Positions 1 to 9,706 of a stretch of 64,000 nucleotides of DNA are shown in pieces. The position numbers and the translations under genes are program-made. The DNA comes from a candidate division FCPU426 bacterium (lineage in GTDB: Bacteria > Oederibacteriota > Muellerivitia > Muellerivitales > Muellerivitaceae). A model generated the notes under the pieces. The model was not told where the DNA came from, searched no databases, and was given only the letters and a program-made list of their open reading frames with translations. The stretch is from assembly GCA_963847625.1 (NCBI GenBank), contig CAWKAR010000027.1:128001-192000 (forward strand). The letters are read 5' to 3'. The first letter of the stretch is position 1; every line of letters begins with the position of its first letter.

Positions 1-109
1 CCTGGGGTACACAATTTGACCTGGTCGCCTACTGGCAGGTACCGGGTCTGGCATATGCGATGCCGCCTACTGGCAGGTTTCGGAACCCTCCCGCGATTGC
101 GGTTTAGCG

Positions 110-173
110 GGAGTGCTTTTTGGGGAGAGAAGCGTTTCTTGAACAAGGAACAGTGAAAGGAAACCCGGTCTTC
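110..173. repeat. ~60-bp intergenic repeat, copy A
   Basis: TGGGGAGAGAAGCGTT...TGAACA...CCGGTCTTC shared with copies at 2891 and 6601. Confidence 0.75.
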
Positions 174-242
174 GCTTGATTAATCTTAAAAAGGAATGGG
201 AATCCTAACCCGAATAACCACCAGGCTTACTTTAGGCGCCGG

Positions 243-1115
243 TTAAAGGTGGATGACGTTGAACTGCCAAGTTATCGGAAGAGTTGATTTAGGCACGACA
301 ACCGCCACGATATCCCCCGGGTTGACAAGCGCATAACACACCACTTGAGGGATCACATCCTGGATGGAAACCGTCACTTGGCTGTTGGTTTCGCAGACAT
401 TATAAAAACTCACGTGGTCCAAGCATCCCTGGTATTCCACCGCGATGATCATTTGGGTGCTGAAATCCACCGGCGACGGCGGAGGGTTGGCACAGTTGTA
501 GAAATTTTGCCAATCGGCCTGGCTTTGAATGAGAAAAACCGAATTCCCCAAACTGCCGGAAAAGGCGGTCACGGGGGTTGCGCCCGTTCCCGGCCCCCAA
601 CAGTATGGGTTTGGGGTAGGGGTAATGCCGGGTGTAAGGCTGATGGTAAACACTTGCGGCCCGGTATTCGGCAAAGTGATGTAAGTAAAGGTACAGCCGG
701 CCGAAGGGGTGGGCGTGCCGGGAACGACCGTGACCGGGACCGTCGGTATGGCTGTCACGACCGTGATCGGAATGGTCGCGACCCAAGTGGGGGGCGGAAC
801 GGTAACCACCGTTGAAGTGATTGTCGGCGTGGGATACACAGGCGGAACGGGGCTCATCGTGATGGGAACCGTCGGTAAGGCTGTCACGACAGTGATCGGA
901 ATGGTCGCGACCCAAGTGGGTGGCGGAACGGTAATCCCCGTGGGCGAGATCGTCGGGGTGGCTACCAGGCCGGTAACAGGGGCTGAATTAATGGTGGTGG
1001 GAGTCGGTGTCGGGGCAAGGGCGGGACTGAGGGGCACGGTTCTCTCACAAGCCACAGCGGCTATTAATATTAGAAGAGATGCTGACAAGACGCATCGTTT
1101 CATGGTTCGCTCCAA
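243..1115 (-). CDS. Thr/Pro-rich lipoprotein with C-terminal PrcB-C-like domain
   Basis: Lipobox-like AAVAC after a hydrophobic leader; duplicated TVPPPTWVATIPITVVTA repeat; C-terminal W...PPPSPVDFSTQMIIAV resembles the PrcB C-terminal domain. Confidence 0.7.
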   Translation of the reverse strand: MERTMKRCVLSASLLILIAAVACERTVPLSPALAPTPTPTTINSAPVTGLVATPTISPTGITVPPPTWVATIPITVVTALPTVPITMSPVPPVYPTPTITSTVVTVPPPTWVATIPITVVTAIPTVPVTVVPGTPTPSAGCTFTYITLPNTGPQVFTISLTPGITPTPNPYCWGPGTGATPVTAFSGSLGNSVFLIQSQADWQNFYNCANPPPSPVDFSTQMIIAVEYQGCLDHVSFYNVCETNSQVTVSIQDVIPQVVCYALVNPGDIVAVVVPKSTLPITWQFNVIHL

Positions 1116-1233
1116 GTAAATGGTTTGGCTTGTTTCAAAGCGCTCAACCGCCTGATTGTTTCTGCATCAAGTATACCGCTCTCCTACCGCTTCCTCCATC
1201 CAACAAATGACCACACGGCAAGCCAATCGGAAA

Positions 1234-2550
1234 TTAGCTGTTAGAAAGGGGGTCGTTCACCCTTCCCATGAACAGGACCGTGTTCGTGGTGTTCTCGACG
1301 AGCATGAAAATGAAGGGATGGTCGACGATGAAGGGTGTGATCATTTGCACGGATACGGCCGTGCACATCTGGCAGGTTATCACCACACCGGTCGCCGCCG
1401 CGGCGGTGGTGCCCGTTTCGTTCACATCGACGTAGGCCTTGTGGACGACATCCGAAATGTACAAATCCGTCTTTGCATCGATGCCCGAAAAATCGGCCCC
1501 GGGGCCGGGAATGGGCAACGTAAAGGCCAGGGGCATCCCCATTTGCGACAAGGTGTTGGTCAGGTCATAACTAGTTCGAAAAGAGAATTTCGGCAGGGAT
1601 AGGGCCACTTGGTACGGGAACGCGGGAGCGACCATGTTCGGGGAGTTGGACGCGAGCCAGGAATTAATATTGTTCCCGCTCAAAGCGCTCTCCAAAGCCG
1701 CCATACCCCCCAGCGGGGGGAGGAAAATATACATGGAAGCTTCGCTGTTGGTGTAGGGGACCGCGAGAACACTGGCCGCCCCGTTATAGCTCCCGACCGC
1801 GGCGTTAAAGGTCAGGTTCATCATGCTGACCGGTTCCGTGCTTCCAGACGCGAGGTTGAATGTCTGTTGGACGGTGTTCGTCACCGGGAACTGGTATTGC
1901 CAACTGCCCTTGAAATAAATCGCGTTGGTCAGGACCAGCTTTGTTTCCGGGGTGATATTGGACTGGCTCAGGAGGTTCGGGATATATCCCGCCGTCTCCT
2001 GTGATACGGCCCCGTTGATCGTCTGCAGGGCCCCCGAGGGGTTCCCCCGGAAATCCACGTCCGTGACCCCCGCGTCATAGTAGGTTTGGCAGGTATTGAT
2101 ATAGGAAGCCAGGACCGGGAAATTCTGCTGGATCCACAGGTTATCGGCCGTGTCGAGGGTGTAATGCTTGTTCGGGCTGTTGATTTCGCCGATCAACTGC
2201 TGGAAATCCTGCAGGCGGGCGGCCGTGTTGCTGTTCAGGTTCAAGACGTTGCGCATTTGGACGGCGGTGTTGCCTTTCGCGCCTTCCTGGGCCATGGCCA
2301 TGGCCGTGATGATGCTGAAGGGCGAGAAGAAAATGTTCCCGGACTGGGACTGGTAAAAATTGTAAAGGTTGGAGGAAAGGCAGTTGTTCGCCTGGGAGGC
2401 CGTGCAGGTGGTGGCCATGGCGGCAATCGGCGGGCCGGAAACCGGGGTGAGTCCCGCCGTGGGGAGATTCCGGCTGCAACCCCCGTAAAGAAGAAGGGCG
2501 GATGCCGCCAGGGCCAGGACCCCATAAATCCGGTTTTGTTTTCTCATCAT
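1234..2550 (-). CDS. Serpin (serine protease inhibitor), lipoprotein
   Basis: NIFFSPFS, NAIYFKGSW, LPKF, hinge ETGTTAAAAT, FIVDHPFIF..FMGRVNDP serpin motifs; lipobox YGGC. Confidence 0.95.
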   Translation of the reverse strand: MMRKQNRIYGVLALAASALLLYGGCSRNLPTAGLTPVSGPPIAAMATTCTASQANNCLSSNLYNFYQSQSGNIFFSPFSIITAMAMAQEGAKGNTAVQMRNVLNLNSNTAARLQDFQQLIGEINSPNKHYTLDTADNLWIQQNFPVLASYINTCQTYYDAGVTDVDFRGNPSGALQTINGAVSQETAGYIPNLLSQSNITPETKLVLTNAIYFKGSWQYQFPVTNTVQQTFNLASGSTEPVSMMNLTFNAAVGSYNGAASVLAVPYTNSEASMYIFLPPLGGMAALESALSGNNINSWLASNSPNMVAPAFPYQVALSLPKFSFRTSYDLTNTLSQMGMPLAFTLPIPGPGADFSGIDAKTDLYISDVVHKAYVDVNETGTTAAAATGVVITCQMCTAVSVQMITPFIVDHPFIFMLVENTTNTVLFMGRVNDPLSNS

Positions 2551-2890
2551 TCAAGCCTCCATAAAAAGGGTTTAAGACAGGGGACAAAATATGCGCAATT
2601 GGTATATGCAAAAAGCATACCACTTGTTTGTAAATTTCATTAAGGCGGGCATTTCCGAAGGAAACGGTTCGTTTAACATTAATAGATTGTCCCAATTTTC
2701 CACTTCTAAAGACGGAACACTTCTTTTGCCGATTTACACACGAGAACAAAATGTTCGGCTGGGTTTAACCCTAAACAGTCAAAATAACCCCAATAAATTC
2801 AAAAACCTGACAACTTAAATTTTTTTAAGACCGGGAAATGGATGGTCCCCCCGAAATGACTTCCCTTGAATCCCAAACTTATTTTTGGAT

Positions 2891-2952
2891 GGAATGCATT
2901 GGGGAGGGAAGCGTTGGATGAACACGAAATGGCGGAAGGGTAACCGGTCTTC
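2891..2952. repeat. ~60-bp intergenic repeat, copy B
   Basis: GGAATGCATTGGGGAGGGAAGCGTTGGATGAACACGAAATGGCGG...CCGGTCTTC. Confidence 0.75.
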
Positions 2953-2999
2953 AGACAAGTAAACCCAAATCAGGTTTCATAGGCGGCATCCTTTTCCTT

Positions 3000-5363
3000 T
3001 TAAAATTCCACCTCCAGCCCCAGGAAAGGCAGGAGGGGAAGCTGGTAGATGGCTTGGCGCTGGGTGTAATCGGCGTTATAGCCGTAGGTCAGGATGTTTT
3101 GCTGGTTGGTGGCGTTCCATATCTCCAAATAAACCCTCCAACTCCAAGTGGGGTAAACCGCTTGATAGGACGTCGAGAGGTCCAATTGCTGGTAGTCCGG
3201 AAAACGCACCGAATCCTCCGCCCCGGAGATCGCCCTGTAAACCCCGGGCTTCACCAGGTAGGACCCCATGATGGGCGTGTAGGGAACTCCTGTGGAGTAG
3301 CGCCACTTGAGACCCGTGTCCCACCGGGAAGTGAGATGATAGCCGGCCACCACCGTGGCGATCTGGGGCTGGTCGAAGGTATAGGGATGCAGGGCCAGGC
3401 CGGAGGCGTCCCTGCGCTGGGAATCGCTCAAGGAATAGGAGACCCAGCCGAATAAACCGCCCTCGGGGTAATGGCGCAGGAACACCTCCAACCCCCGGGA
3501 GTAACCCGACCCGTCGTTGTTGTAGTGGTGGAACTGGTCCACTTCCATGATTTGGGAAAGGGCCTTGTGGTAACCCTCCAGGCGGAAGAAAAGGCCGCTC
3601 CCGAGTTTTTGCTCCAGGCCCACGACCACGGCTTGGGCCAATTCCGGCTCCAACGCCGGGTTCCCGAAATTCGGGGACTGGTAAAGACCCAGGAAAGGCA
3701 ATTGGTAATAATCCCCGTAGGACGCTTTGAGGGTGGTCCGCTCGGATAAAGCGTAGGCCTCGGAAAGCCGCAGGCTCGTCTGGGATTCTTGGCTGAAGGA
3801 CTGGTAATCCCAACGGCCCCCCACCGAGACCTCTAATTTCTTGTCGAGGGACTTGAACTTCTGGTCAAGATAGAGGGCCGAGTTGTCCGAAACCGCCGTG
3901 TAGGTCCCCTTGGCGAAGGGGGAGGTCTGGGGAAAAACGAAGGGGTTCAGGTCGTCCTGGGCTGGCAACAGGTTCATGTAGATGTCGCTGGTCGTGAGGC
4001 TGTGGTCGTATTTCCAACCCGCCGATAACCGGGTATCCCCATCGAAGTCGTGGAACCATTCCAGCCGGTTCGCGAAATCCTCCGACTTCATTTCCAGGTG
4101 GTAATTCAATTGCATATCCACGCCGAGGGAGAAAAGCGTGTGGTAAGCCGTGTCCAAAAGGGAGTCCTCCTCCCCCAACTGGTTCCGGTAACGGACGCCC
4201 TGGCTGTCGAAGGCGTTATGGTAGGTGAATTGGCCCGTCAGCACGTTGGAATCAGGTTCCAGGCTGAAGCCGTCCTGGAAGTTCACCGCCACGTTGTCCC
4301 CGCTTCCGAGGACCTCGAAATCCCAATGGGTTCCGGGGGACTCGTCGTAAACGGCCTTCCCCTGGTAATCGTAAAAGGACGGCACCGCCGTGAAATCACT
4401 GAGAAGCCCGCTGAACAATTCCAGGTAACTGCGGCGTCCCGAGGCCACCAGGGAAGTTTCCGGGAAGAGGGGCCCTTCCAGGCCCGCTTCCGAATACAGC
4501 GGCGTGATCTCAAACCGGCCGCCCCAACGGTCCTGCCGGGGGTCCCTTTGGGAGACGTCGATCACCCCCCCGTAGTCATCCCCGTATTGGGGGCCGTATC
4601 CCCCCGTGTAAAAATCGACGGACTTCACCAGGTCGGAATTCAGGATGGATAGGAGCCCCCCGAAATGGACGGGATAGGCCACGGGGATCCCGTCCACGAG
4701 CGTGAGGTTGTCCAGGGGGCCCGCGCCCCTCACTAGAGGGGCCGCCCAGAAGTCGCTGGCTTGGGCCATTCCCGGGAAGGATTGGATCGCCCGCAGGACG
4801 TCCCCGGCCGTTCCCGGGACGGAGGTTAGCTCCTGTTTGGAGATGCTTTCCGAGCTGACCTGGGTCCGGGGGACCCGGGGGGCCGTCACCAGCACCTCGG
4901 GCAGGGTGAATTTATCGGGCTCCAGGAAAAAATCCCGCTGGGCGTCCTGGCAAAGGTCCACTCGGGAAAGGGTGACGGGGATGAAACCGGCCGCGGCGGC
5001 GATGACCCGGTAAATGCCGTCCGGCGCCTCCACCCGGAATCCCCCGTTGGAGTCCGGATTGGCGGATAGGGGCCCAAACGTGGGTTCGGAAACGGCGGAT
5101 TCCGCCCCGCCGGTATCGCCTTCGGCTTCCAGGACCAACCGCGCCTGCGGGAGGGGGGCCTGAGAACTCTTATCCAGGATATTTCCGGAAAGAACCGCGG
5201 GAAAAACGGGGGATAGAAAAGGCCCGGCTCCAGAAAGTAGCAGGAGAAAGAAAAACCGGGTAACGATCCGTTTTTTCCAGGAGCCGGTGGGGAAATGAAA
5301 GAAAGGCGGTTCTCCCCGGCCGGAACGCGTTGGTAGGATAAAAAAGAACAATACAAACCCCAT
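3000..5363 (-). CDS. TonB-dependent receptor
   Basis: Carboxypeptidase-regulatory-like N-domain, LPEVLVTA, plug motifs (VRGAGP..N..LVDGIPV, GGVIDV), beta-barrel ending in F; true start may be downstream. Confidence 0.9.
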   Translation of the reverse strand: MGFVLFFFILPTRSGRGEPPFFHFPTGSWKKRIVTRFFFLLLLSGAGPFLSPVFPAVLSGNILDKSSQAPLPQARLVLEAEGDTGGAESAVSEPTFGPLSANPDSNGGFRVEAPDGIYRVIAAAAGFIPVTLSRVDLCQDAQRDFFLEPDKFTLPEVLVTAPRVPRTQVSSESISKQELTSVPGTAGDVLRAIQSFPGMAQASDFWAAPLVRGAGPLDNLTLVDGIPVAYPVHFGGLLSILNSDLVKSVDFYTGGYGPQYGDDYGGVIDVSQRDPRQDRWGGRFEITPLYSEAGLEGPLFPETSLVASGRRSYLELFSGLLSDFTAVPSFYDYQGKAVYDESPGTHWDFEVLGSGDNVAVNFQDGFSLEPDSNVLTGQFTYHNAFDSQGVRYRNQLGEEDSLLDTAYHTLFSLGVDMQLNYHLEMKSEDFANRLEWFHDFDGDTRLSAGWKYDHSLTTSDIYMNLLPAQDDLNPFVFPQTSPFAKGTYTAVSDNSALYLDQKFKSLDKKLEVSVGGRWDYQSFSQESQTSLRLSEAYALSERTTLKASYGDYYQLPFLGLYQSPNFGNPALEPELAQAVVVGLEQKLGSGLFFRLEGYHKALSQIMEVDQFHHYNNDGSGYSRGLEVFLRHYPEGGLFGWVSYSLSDSQRRDASGLALHPYTFDQPQIATVVAGYHLTSRWDTGLKWRYSTGVPYTPIMGSYLVKPGVYRAISGAEDSVRFPDYQQLDLSTSYQAVYPTWSWRVYLEIWNATNQQNILTYGYNADYTQRQAIYQLPLLPFLGLEVEF

Positions 5364-5397
5364 GGAATAAGATTTCTGCGTTTTAGGAACCTTCCGT

Positions 5398-6456
5398 TTA
5401 TTTTTGTTGGATCAACCGGACCGACCCATTCCAAGTATCCGTAACGTAAACATTGCCCGAGGAATCCACCGCGACGCCGAAGGGTTGGTTGAAGGTCGCG
5501 GCGGTGCCGGGGCCGTTGGTATCGCCTGTGACCCCCGCCGACCCCGCCAAGGTCGAAACCGTTCCACTGGGGGTGATTTTCCGGATCAAGTTGTTTCCCT
5601 GGTCCGCAACGTAAACATTTCCGGAAGAGTCCACCGCAACCCCAGTGGGCCCATTAAAAGATGCGGAGGCAACATTTCCATTGGTATGTCCGGATATCCC
5701 CGCCCCTGCCAGGGTCGAAACCATACCACCCGGGGTGATTTTACGGATGAGGCTGTTATAGGTATCCGCGACATAAACATTACCCTGCGGGTCGACCGCG
5801 ATCCCATTGGGCCATGTAAAAGACGCGGCGGTCCCGGCCCCGTTGGTACCGCAACATGGCCCCCCTCCCGCCAGGGTCGAAACCACGCCCCCAGGCGTGA
5901 TTTCCCGGATTAGACTGTTAAACGTGTCCGCGACGTAAAGGTTTCCGGATGAATCGACCGCTACTCCATTGGGCCAATAGAACGACGCGGCGGTCGCCGG
6001 GCCATTGGCCGCTCCAATCACACCGGTTTGGCCCGCTACGGTTGACACCGAGCCCCCGGCCAGTATTTCCCGGATCAAATCGTTGCCACGGTCCGCGACG
6101 TAAATATTTCTAAGGGGATCAACAGCGATTCCCATGGGCATCAAAAATGTCGCGGCGGTCGCCGGACCGTTGGCGGCTCCACCCTCCCCTGTCCCCGCGA
6201 CCGATGTGGATGCGCCCCAGGGGGAAATTTTCCAGATTTTTCTCCCGTAAGCATCCGAGACGTAAATATAACCGGACGAATCAACCGCGATTCCAGCAGG
6301 ATAATCACATACATCCGATAGGGTTGTCACCAAGACATGATCGAAATAAGGGTTGGGGGAATAGGGGCTGGTGGTATTGCCACAGCCGGTCGGGAAAACA
6401 GCCAAAAGCGGGAGAAGGATTAAAAAGAGACCAAGTAAATATAACGTTCGGCCCAT
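5398..6456 (-). CDS. NHL-repeat (beta-propeller) lipoprotein
   Basis: Six FxxPxGVAVDSSGNVYVAD repeats; lipobox PTGC. Confidence 0.9.
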   Translation of the reverse strand: MGRTLYLLGLFLILLPLLAVFPTGCGNTTSPYSPNPYFDHVLVTTLSDVCDYPAGIAVDSSGYIYVSDAYGRKIWKISPWGASTSVAGTGEGGAANGPATAATFLMPMGIAVDPLRNIYVADRGNDLIREILAGGSVSTVAGQTGVIGAANGPATAASFYWPNGVAVDSSGNLYVADTFNSLIREITPGGVVSTLAGGGPCCGTNGAGTAASFTWPNGIAVDPQGNVYVADTYNSLIRKITPGGMVSTLAGAGISGHTNGNVASASFNGPTGVAVDSSGNVYVADQGNNLIRKITPSGTVSTLAGSAGVTGDTNGPGTAATFNQPFGVAVDSSGNVYVTDTWNGSVRLIQQK

Positions 6457-6600
6457 TGGAACCTCAAAAAATCATGACATCCAAGACGTTCCTATAGATT
6501 ATCCCTTCAGATAGCCTCGGGCAACTTTTAAAGGATTCCAAGCTTAAAAGCCTGAAAACTCCTCACTCCTAACTTTTAATTCCTAACTTGTTTTCTTGTT

Positions 6601-6658
6601 GGAATGCATTGGGGAGAGAAGCGTTGAGTGAACATGGAATGGCGGTAGGTCATTCCGG
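6601..6658. repeat. ~60-bp intergenic repeat, copy C
   Basis: GGAATGCATTGGGGAGAGAAGCGTTGAGTGAACATGGAATGGCGG; preceded by ACTCCTA-type heptamers. Confidence 0.75.
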
Positions 6659-6703
6659 CATATCGTAAATAAACTTTACGCCCAACTCTCATGCCCCTAT
6701 GGA

Positions 6704-7792
6704 TTATGGCGAGTGCCATACGTCGTTTAAGGGGGTGGAGTTCGAATAGAGGCCGGCCATGACCCACATTTTCCCGTTAAAAGCCAAACTGGTGTGGGCG
6801 TACCGGCCGGGAAAATCCGCCCTCGAAGTCATTTGGCTCCAATGGGCGCCGTCAGTCGAGGTCCAAACGTCGCTGAGGTAAGGCGCGAGACCGGTATTCC
6901 CGCCGATCACCCAGAGGGCCCCGTCGTAAACCACGCATGACTGGCCGTAACGCTTCTGGAAATCCGCCGCGTCCGTGGCTTCCGTCCAGGCGGTGCAGTC
7001 GGAAGAGGTCCAAACATCGTCAAAAACCGCGGCGTTGCTTCCCCCGGTATGCAGGCCGCCGATCACCCAGATCGAGCCGTTATAAACGACACCGCTGAAA
7101 ATATCCCGGGACTGGAAAGACGAGGCCAAGGTGACGGGCGACCAATGGGCGCCGTCAGTGGAGGTCCAAATGTCGTTCAGCTCGCCGCCCCCCATCCTGG
7201 AAAAACCTCCCATGAGGTACATGGCGTTATTGAACACCACGCAAGACATGGCGGCCCTCGGGCTGAAAGCCGCCCCCGCCGTGGCCTGGGTCCATTGGCT
7301 GCCGTTGGTCGAGGACCAAACGTCGTTCTTGAACGAAGCGGCAAAACCGCCGATGACCCACATTTTCCCAGCGTAAACCACGGAGGCCTGGGAATACCTC
7401 GGGGTAAAGTCCGCCCGGTCCGTGACTTGCTTCCAGGTACTGCCGTCCGTGGAGGACCAGACATCGTTCAGGAAACCGTGGCCGGTGTTTCCCCCGATAA
7501 TCCACATGGCACCGTCATAAACGACCCCGGACTGGAAATACCTGGCGGTGAAAACCGAGGACGAGGCGGCCCGGGTCCAATCCTCCCCGGGAACGGGCGT
7601 TAGGAAGGGAATGCGCAGATTTTTCCGGTAAAAGAAACCCGCGAGGACGGCCAATAATAATGCGCAGAGCAAAAACGACGGCCTTAATTTCACAAGTATT
7701 CCGGGCGCGGGGGTCCGTTTAAACCGAGGTTTCCCGGACGTACGCCTGCCGCTTTTCCGCCCGGCGGCCTTGATGCCCATTGGTTTTTCCAC
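6704..7792 (-). CDS. Membrane-anchored Kelch-like beta-propeller protein
   Basis: Repeated R....VVY.G.MWVIGG....NDVWSS.DG..W units; N-terminal TM helix. Confidence 0.85.
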   Translation of the reverse strand: MEKPMGIKAAGRKSGRRTSGKPRFKRTPAPGILVKLRPSFLLCALLLAVLAGFFYRKNLRIPFLTPVPGEDWTRAASSSVFTARYFQSGVVYDGAMWIIGGNTGHGFLNDVWSSTDGSTWKQVTDRADFTPRYSQASVVYAGKMWVIGGFAASFKNDVWSSTNGSQWTQATAGAAFSPRAAMSCVVFNNAMYLMGGFSRMGGGELNDIWTSTDGAHWSPVTLASSFQSRDIFSGVVYNGSIWVIGGLHTGGSNAAVFDDVWTSSDCTAWTEATDAADFQKRYGQSCVVYDGALWVIGGNTGLAPYLSDVWTSTDGAHWSQMTSRADFPGRYAHTSLAFNGKMWVMAGLYSNSTPLNDVWHSP

Positions 7793-7916
7793 GAAACACC
7801 GCCCCTTTTTGCTGGCAGATCACGAACCCATCATTGGAAATTGGGAAATATTTGAAGCTTAAAACAATCCCGCGTTAAACCCTATCTTATCCATTGAAAC
7901 GCATTACAGACCATCT

Positions 7917-8633
7917 TCAGTAATTGACTGAGGCCACGTTGTTCATCAGCACGCAGGAGGAAGACTGGCAGCCGGGGAACGCCCCTTTATTGAGTTGAAC
8001 GACGTGAAAATTCACTACGTCGTTTCCGCTCCCCGGTGTTTCATTTCCAGAAAACACGCTGTTGGCCAGCACGTAAGGGTTGGTGGGAATCGGCGGGCCG
8101 ATGATTGTCATGGGCTGGGCCGAACCATTGGCGACTTCCACGTAATTATAGTTTCCCACCCCGGCGGCCCAGGAACAAGTGACCCCCGCCGTCCCCGAGG
8201 AGGGCTGGAGAAGGGGATTCCCGGCGATGGCCGTGACCGAGGAGGTATAGATCTTGCCGCCGATGTCGACATTGAAAGTGTAAGTATCGCCCGCGGTATA
8301 AGTGACTGAATTGGTGTACAAACCGCCGGTGATATTGGGCGCCCCCGACTGGGTGATGGCGCCGGTGGGGATGATACCCAGCAAAGTCAGGGGGATGGAA
8401 TTGCTGTTGTCCACGAGAGTGACGGACGTATTGGCTGTTCCCGTCGTTCCGGTACTGTCGGAAACGAGGACGGTCACGATATTAAGGCTGCCGTTTTCGC
8501 CCAGGTTAGCCACGATAATAGGCTCCTTGCTGCTGGCGGGGGTGGCCGGATTGTTGTTCGAACTGCAAGCTTGGAAAAGAACCACCGATACAACTGGAAA
8601 GAAGAAATACCACAAACTTTTTTTCAACCGCAT
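7917..8633 (-). CDS. Hypothetical lipoprotein
   Basis: ATG at 8633 with GAGGGAGG RBS; lipobox FQAC. Confidence 0.7.
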   Translation of the reverse strand: MRLKKSLWYFFFPVVSVVLFQACSSNNNPATPASSKEPIIVANLGENGSLNIVTVLVSDSTGTTGTANTSVTLVDNSNSIPLTLLGIIPTGAITQSGAPNITGGLYTNSVTYTAGDTYTFNVDIGGKIYTSSVTAIAGNPLLQPSSGTAGVTCSWAAGVGNYNYVEVANGSAQPMTIIGPPIPTNPYVLANSVFSGNETPGSGNDVVNFHVVQLNKGAFPGCQSSSCVLMNNVASVNY

Positions 8634-8740
8634 AAAAAACCTCCCTCGAAATTTTGGTTTCCAAGACAACCTGCGACAACCCACGGAGCTTAAAACTTTC
8701 CTGCTTTAAAACCCATATTATCTCTTAAATCTCGTTCCAA

Positions 8741-8910
8741 CTACCGGCATGGGGGGCTTCCGCCTGCCGGCAGAACCGGGACGCCTACTGGCATAAAGCT
8801 GGTTTCCTGGCGGCATGTGCCGGATTTTCTGGTAAACGGGGCCCGCATTTCTGGTAAACAGAACCGGGATTTCTGGTAAACAGGGGCGGTTACCTGGTAA
8901 ACGGAGCCCA
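8741..8910. repeat. Degenerate ~22-bp period tandem array (8 units)
   Basis: Cores start at 8741, 8764, 8785, 8807, 8829, 8851, 8873, 8894 (CTACCGGCA drifting to CTGGTAAAC). Confidence 0.75.
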
Positions 8911-8955
8911 TGATTTTACGAACCGCGTTTTGACAAGGTCCTATATTATGATGTT

Positions 8956-9636
8956 ATGACCAAAATGAAATATTCAGAAATAACCATCGAAAAGCATCGT
9001 TGCCTGGTCTTGGGCCCGCCGGCCCTGCCGCCCGGGGCGCCGGTTGTCCTCACCCTCCACGGACTGGGAACCAACGCCGACGACCTAGCCCCCCTCTGCG
9101 GGGAACTCGGTTTTTCCAAGTGTCGTTATGTCCTGCCAGACGCGCCCCTCTTGTTGCCGGGTTACCCGCCGGGATCCTTCGCCTGGTACGACTTCATGAA
9201 CCATAATCGCGAGGAGATCGAAGCCAGCCGGGATTACCTATACAAGGTCCTGGACCATTTTTGCAAAGATCCTTCCCGGGAAAAGGAGGCGCCCCCTCTT
9301 ATCCCTCTGGGTTTCTCCCAGGGCGGAGTCATGGCGCTGGAGGTGGGATTGAATTACAAGGGAAAGGTCGCGGCTATCGTCTCCATGAGCGGATACATGC
9401 CTAATCCTGAAGCCACCCTGGCGAAACCTGTCGCGCCCCGGGAGACCCCCCTTTTACTCGTACATGGGACCCAAGACCCGGTGGTCCCAGTGGAGGGAAC
9501 CCGTGTGGCGGTGGAAGCCTTGAAACTGGCGGGGTATCATCCGGTGTTTAAAGAATTCCCCATGCCGCATACCATCACGGAAGAATCGTTGGATGAAGTT
9601 CGAGAGTTTCTCGGTAGGGTTATTCTTGAAAAATAA
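8956..9636 (+). CDS. Phospholipase/carboxylesterase (alpha/beta hydrolase)
   Basis: LHGLG, GFSQGG nucleophile elbow, HGTQDPVVP, catalytic His in MPHTI. Confidence 0.9.
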   Translation: MTKMKYSEITIEKHRCLVLGPPALPPGAPVVLTLHGLGTNADDLAPLCGELGFSKCRYVLPDAPLLLPGYPPGSFAWYDFMNHNREEIEASRDYLYKVLDHFCKDPSREKEAPPLIPLGFSQGGVMALEVGLNYKGKVAAIVSMSGYMPNPEATLAKPVAPRETPLLLVHGTQDPVVPVEGTRVAVEALKLAGYHPVFKEFPMPHTITEESLDEVREFLGRVILEK

Positions 9637-9706
9637 CCAATAGATTTGTAACTTATATCCCTCCTGTTGCTTCACCTTACTTGAAGAAAAATTGAAGGAG
9701 TCCTTT

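Noticed and set aside
110..6658. Integron attC sites
   Set aside because: No RYYYAAC/GTTRRRY inverted cores or palindromy, and no integrase in the window
8741..8910. CRISPR array (also considered for 53715-53828)
   Set aside because: Cores of 9-11 bp and linkers of 10-13 bp are far too short, the cores drift, and there are no cas genes
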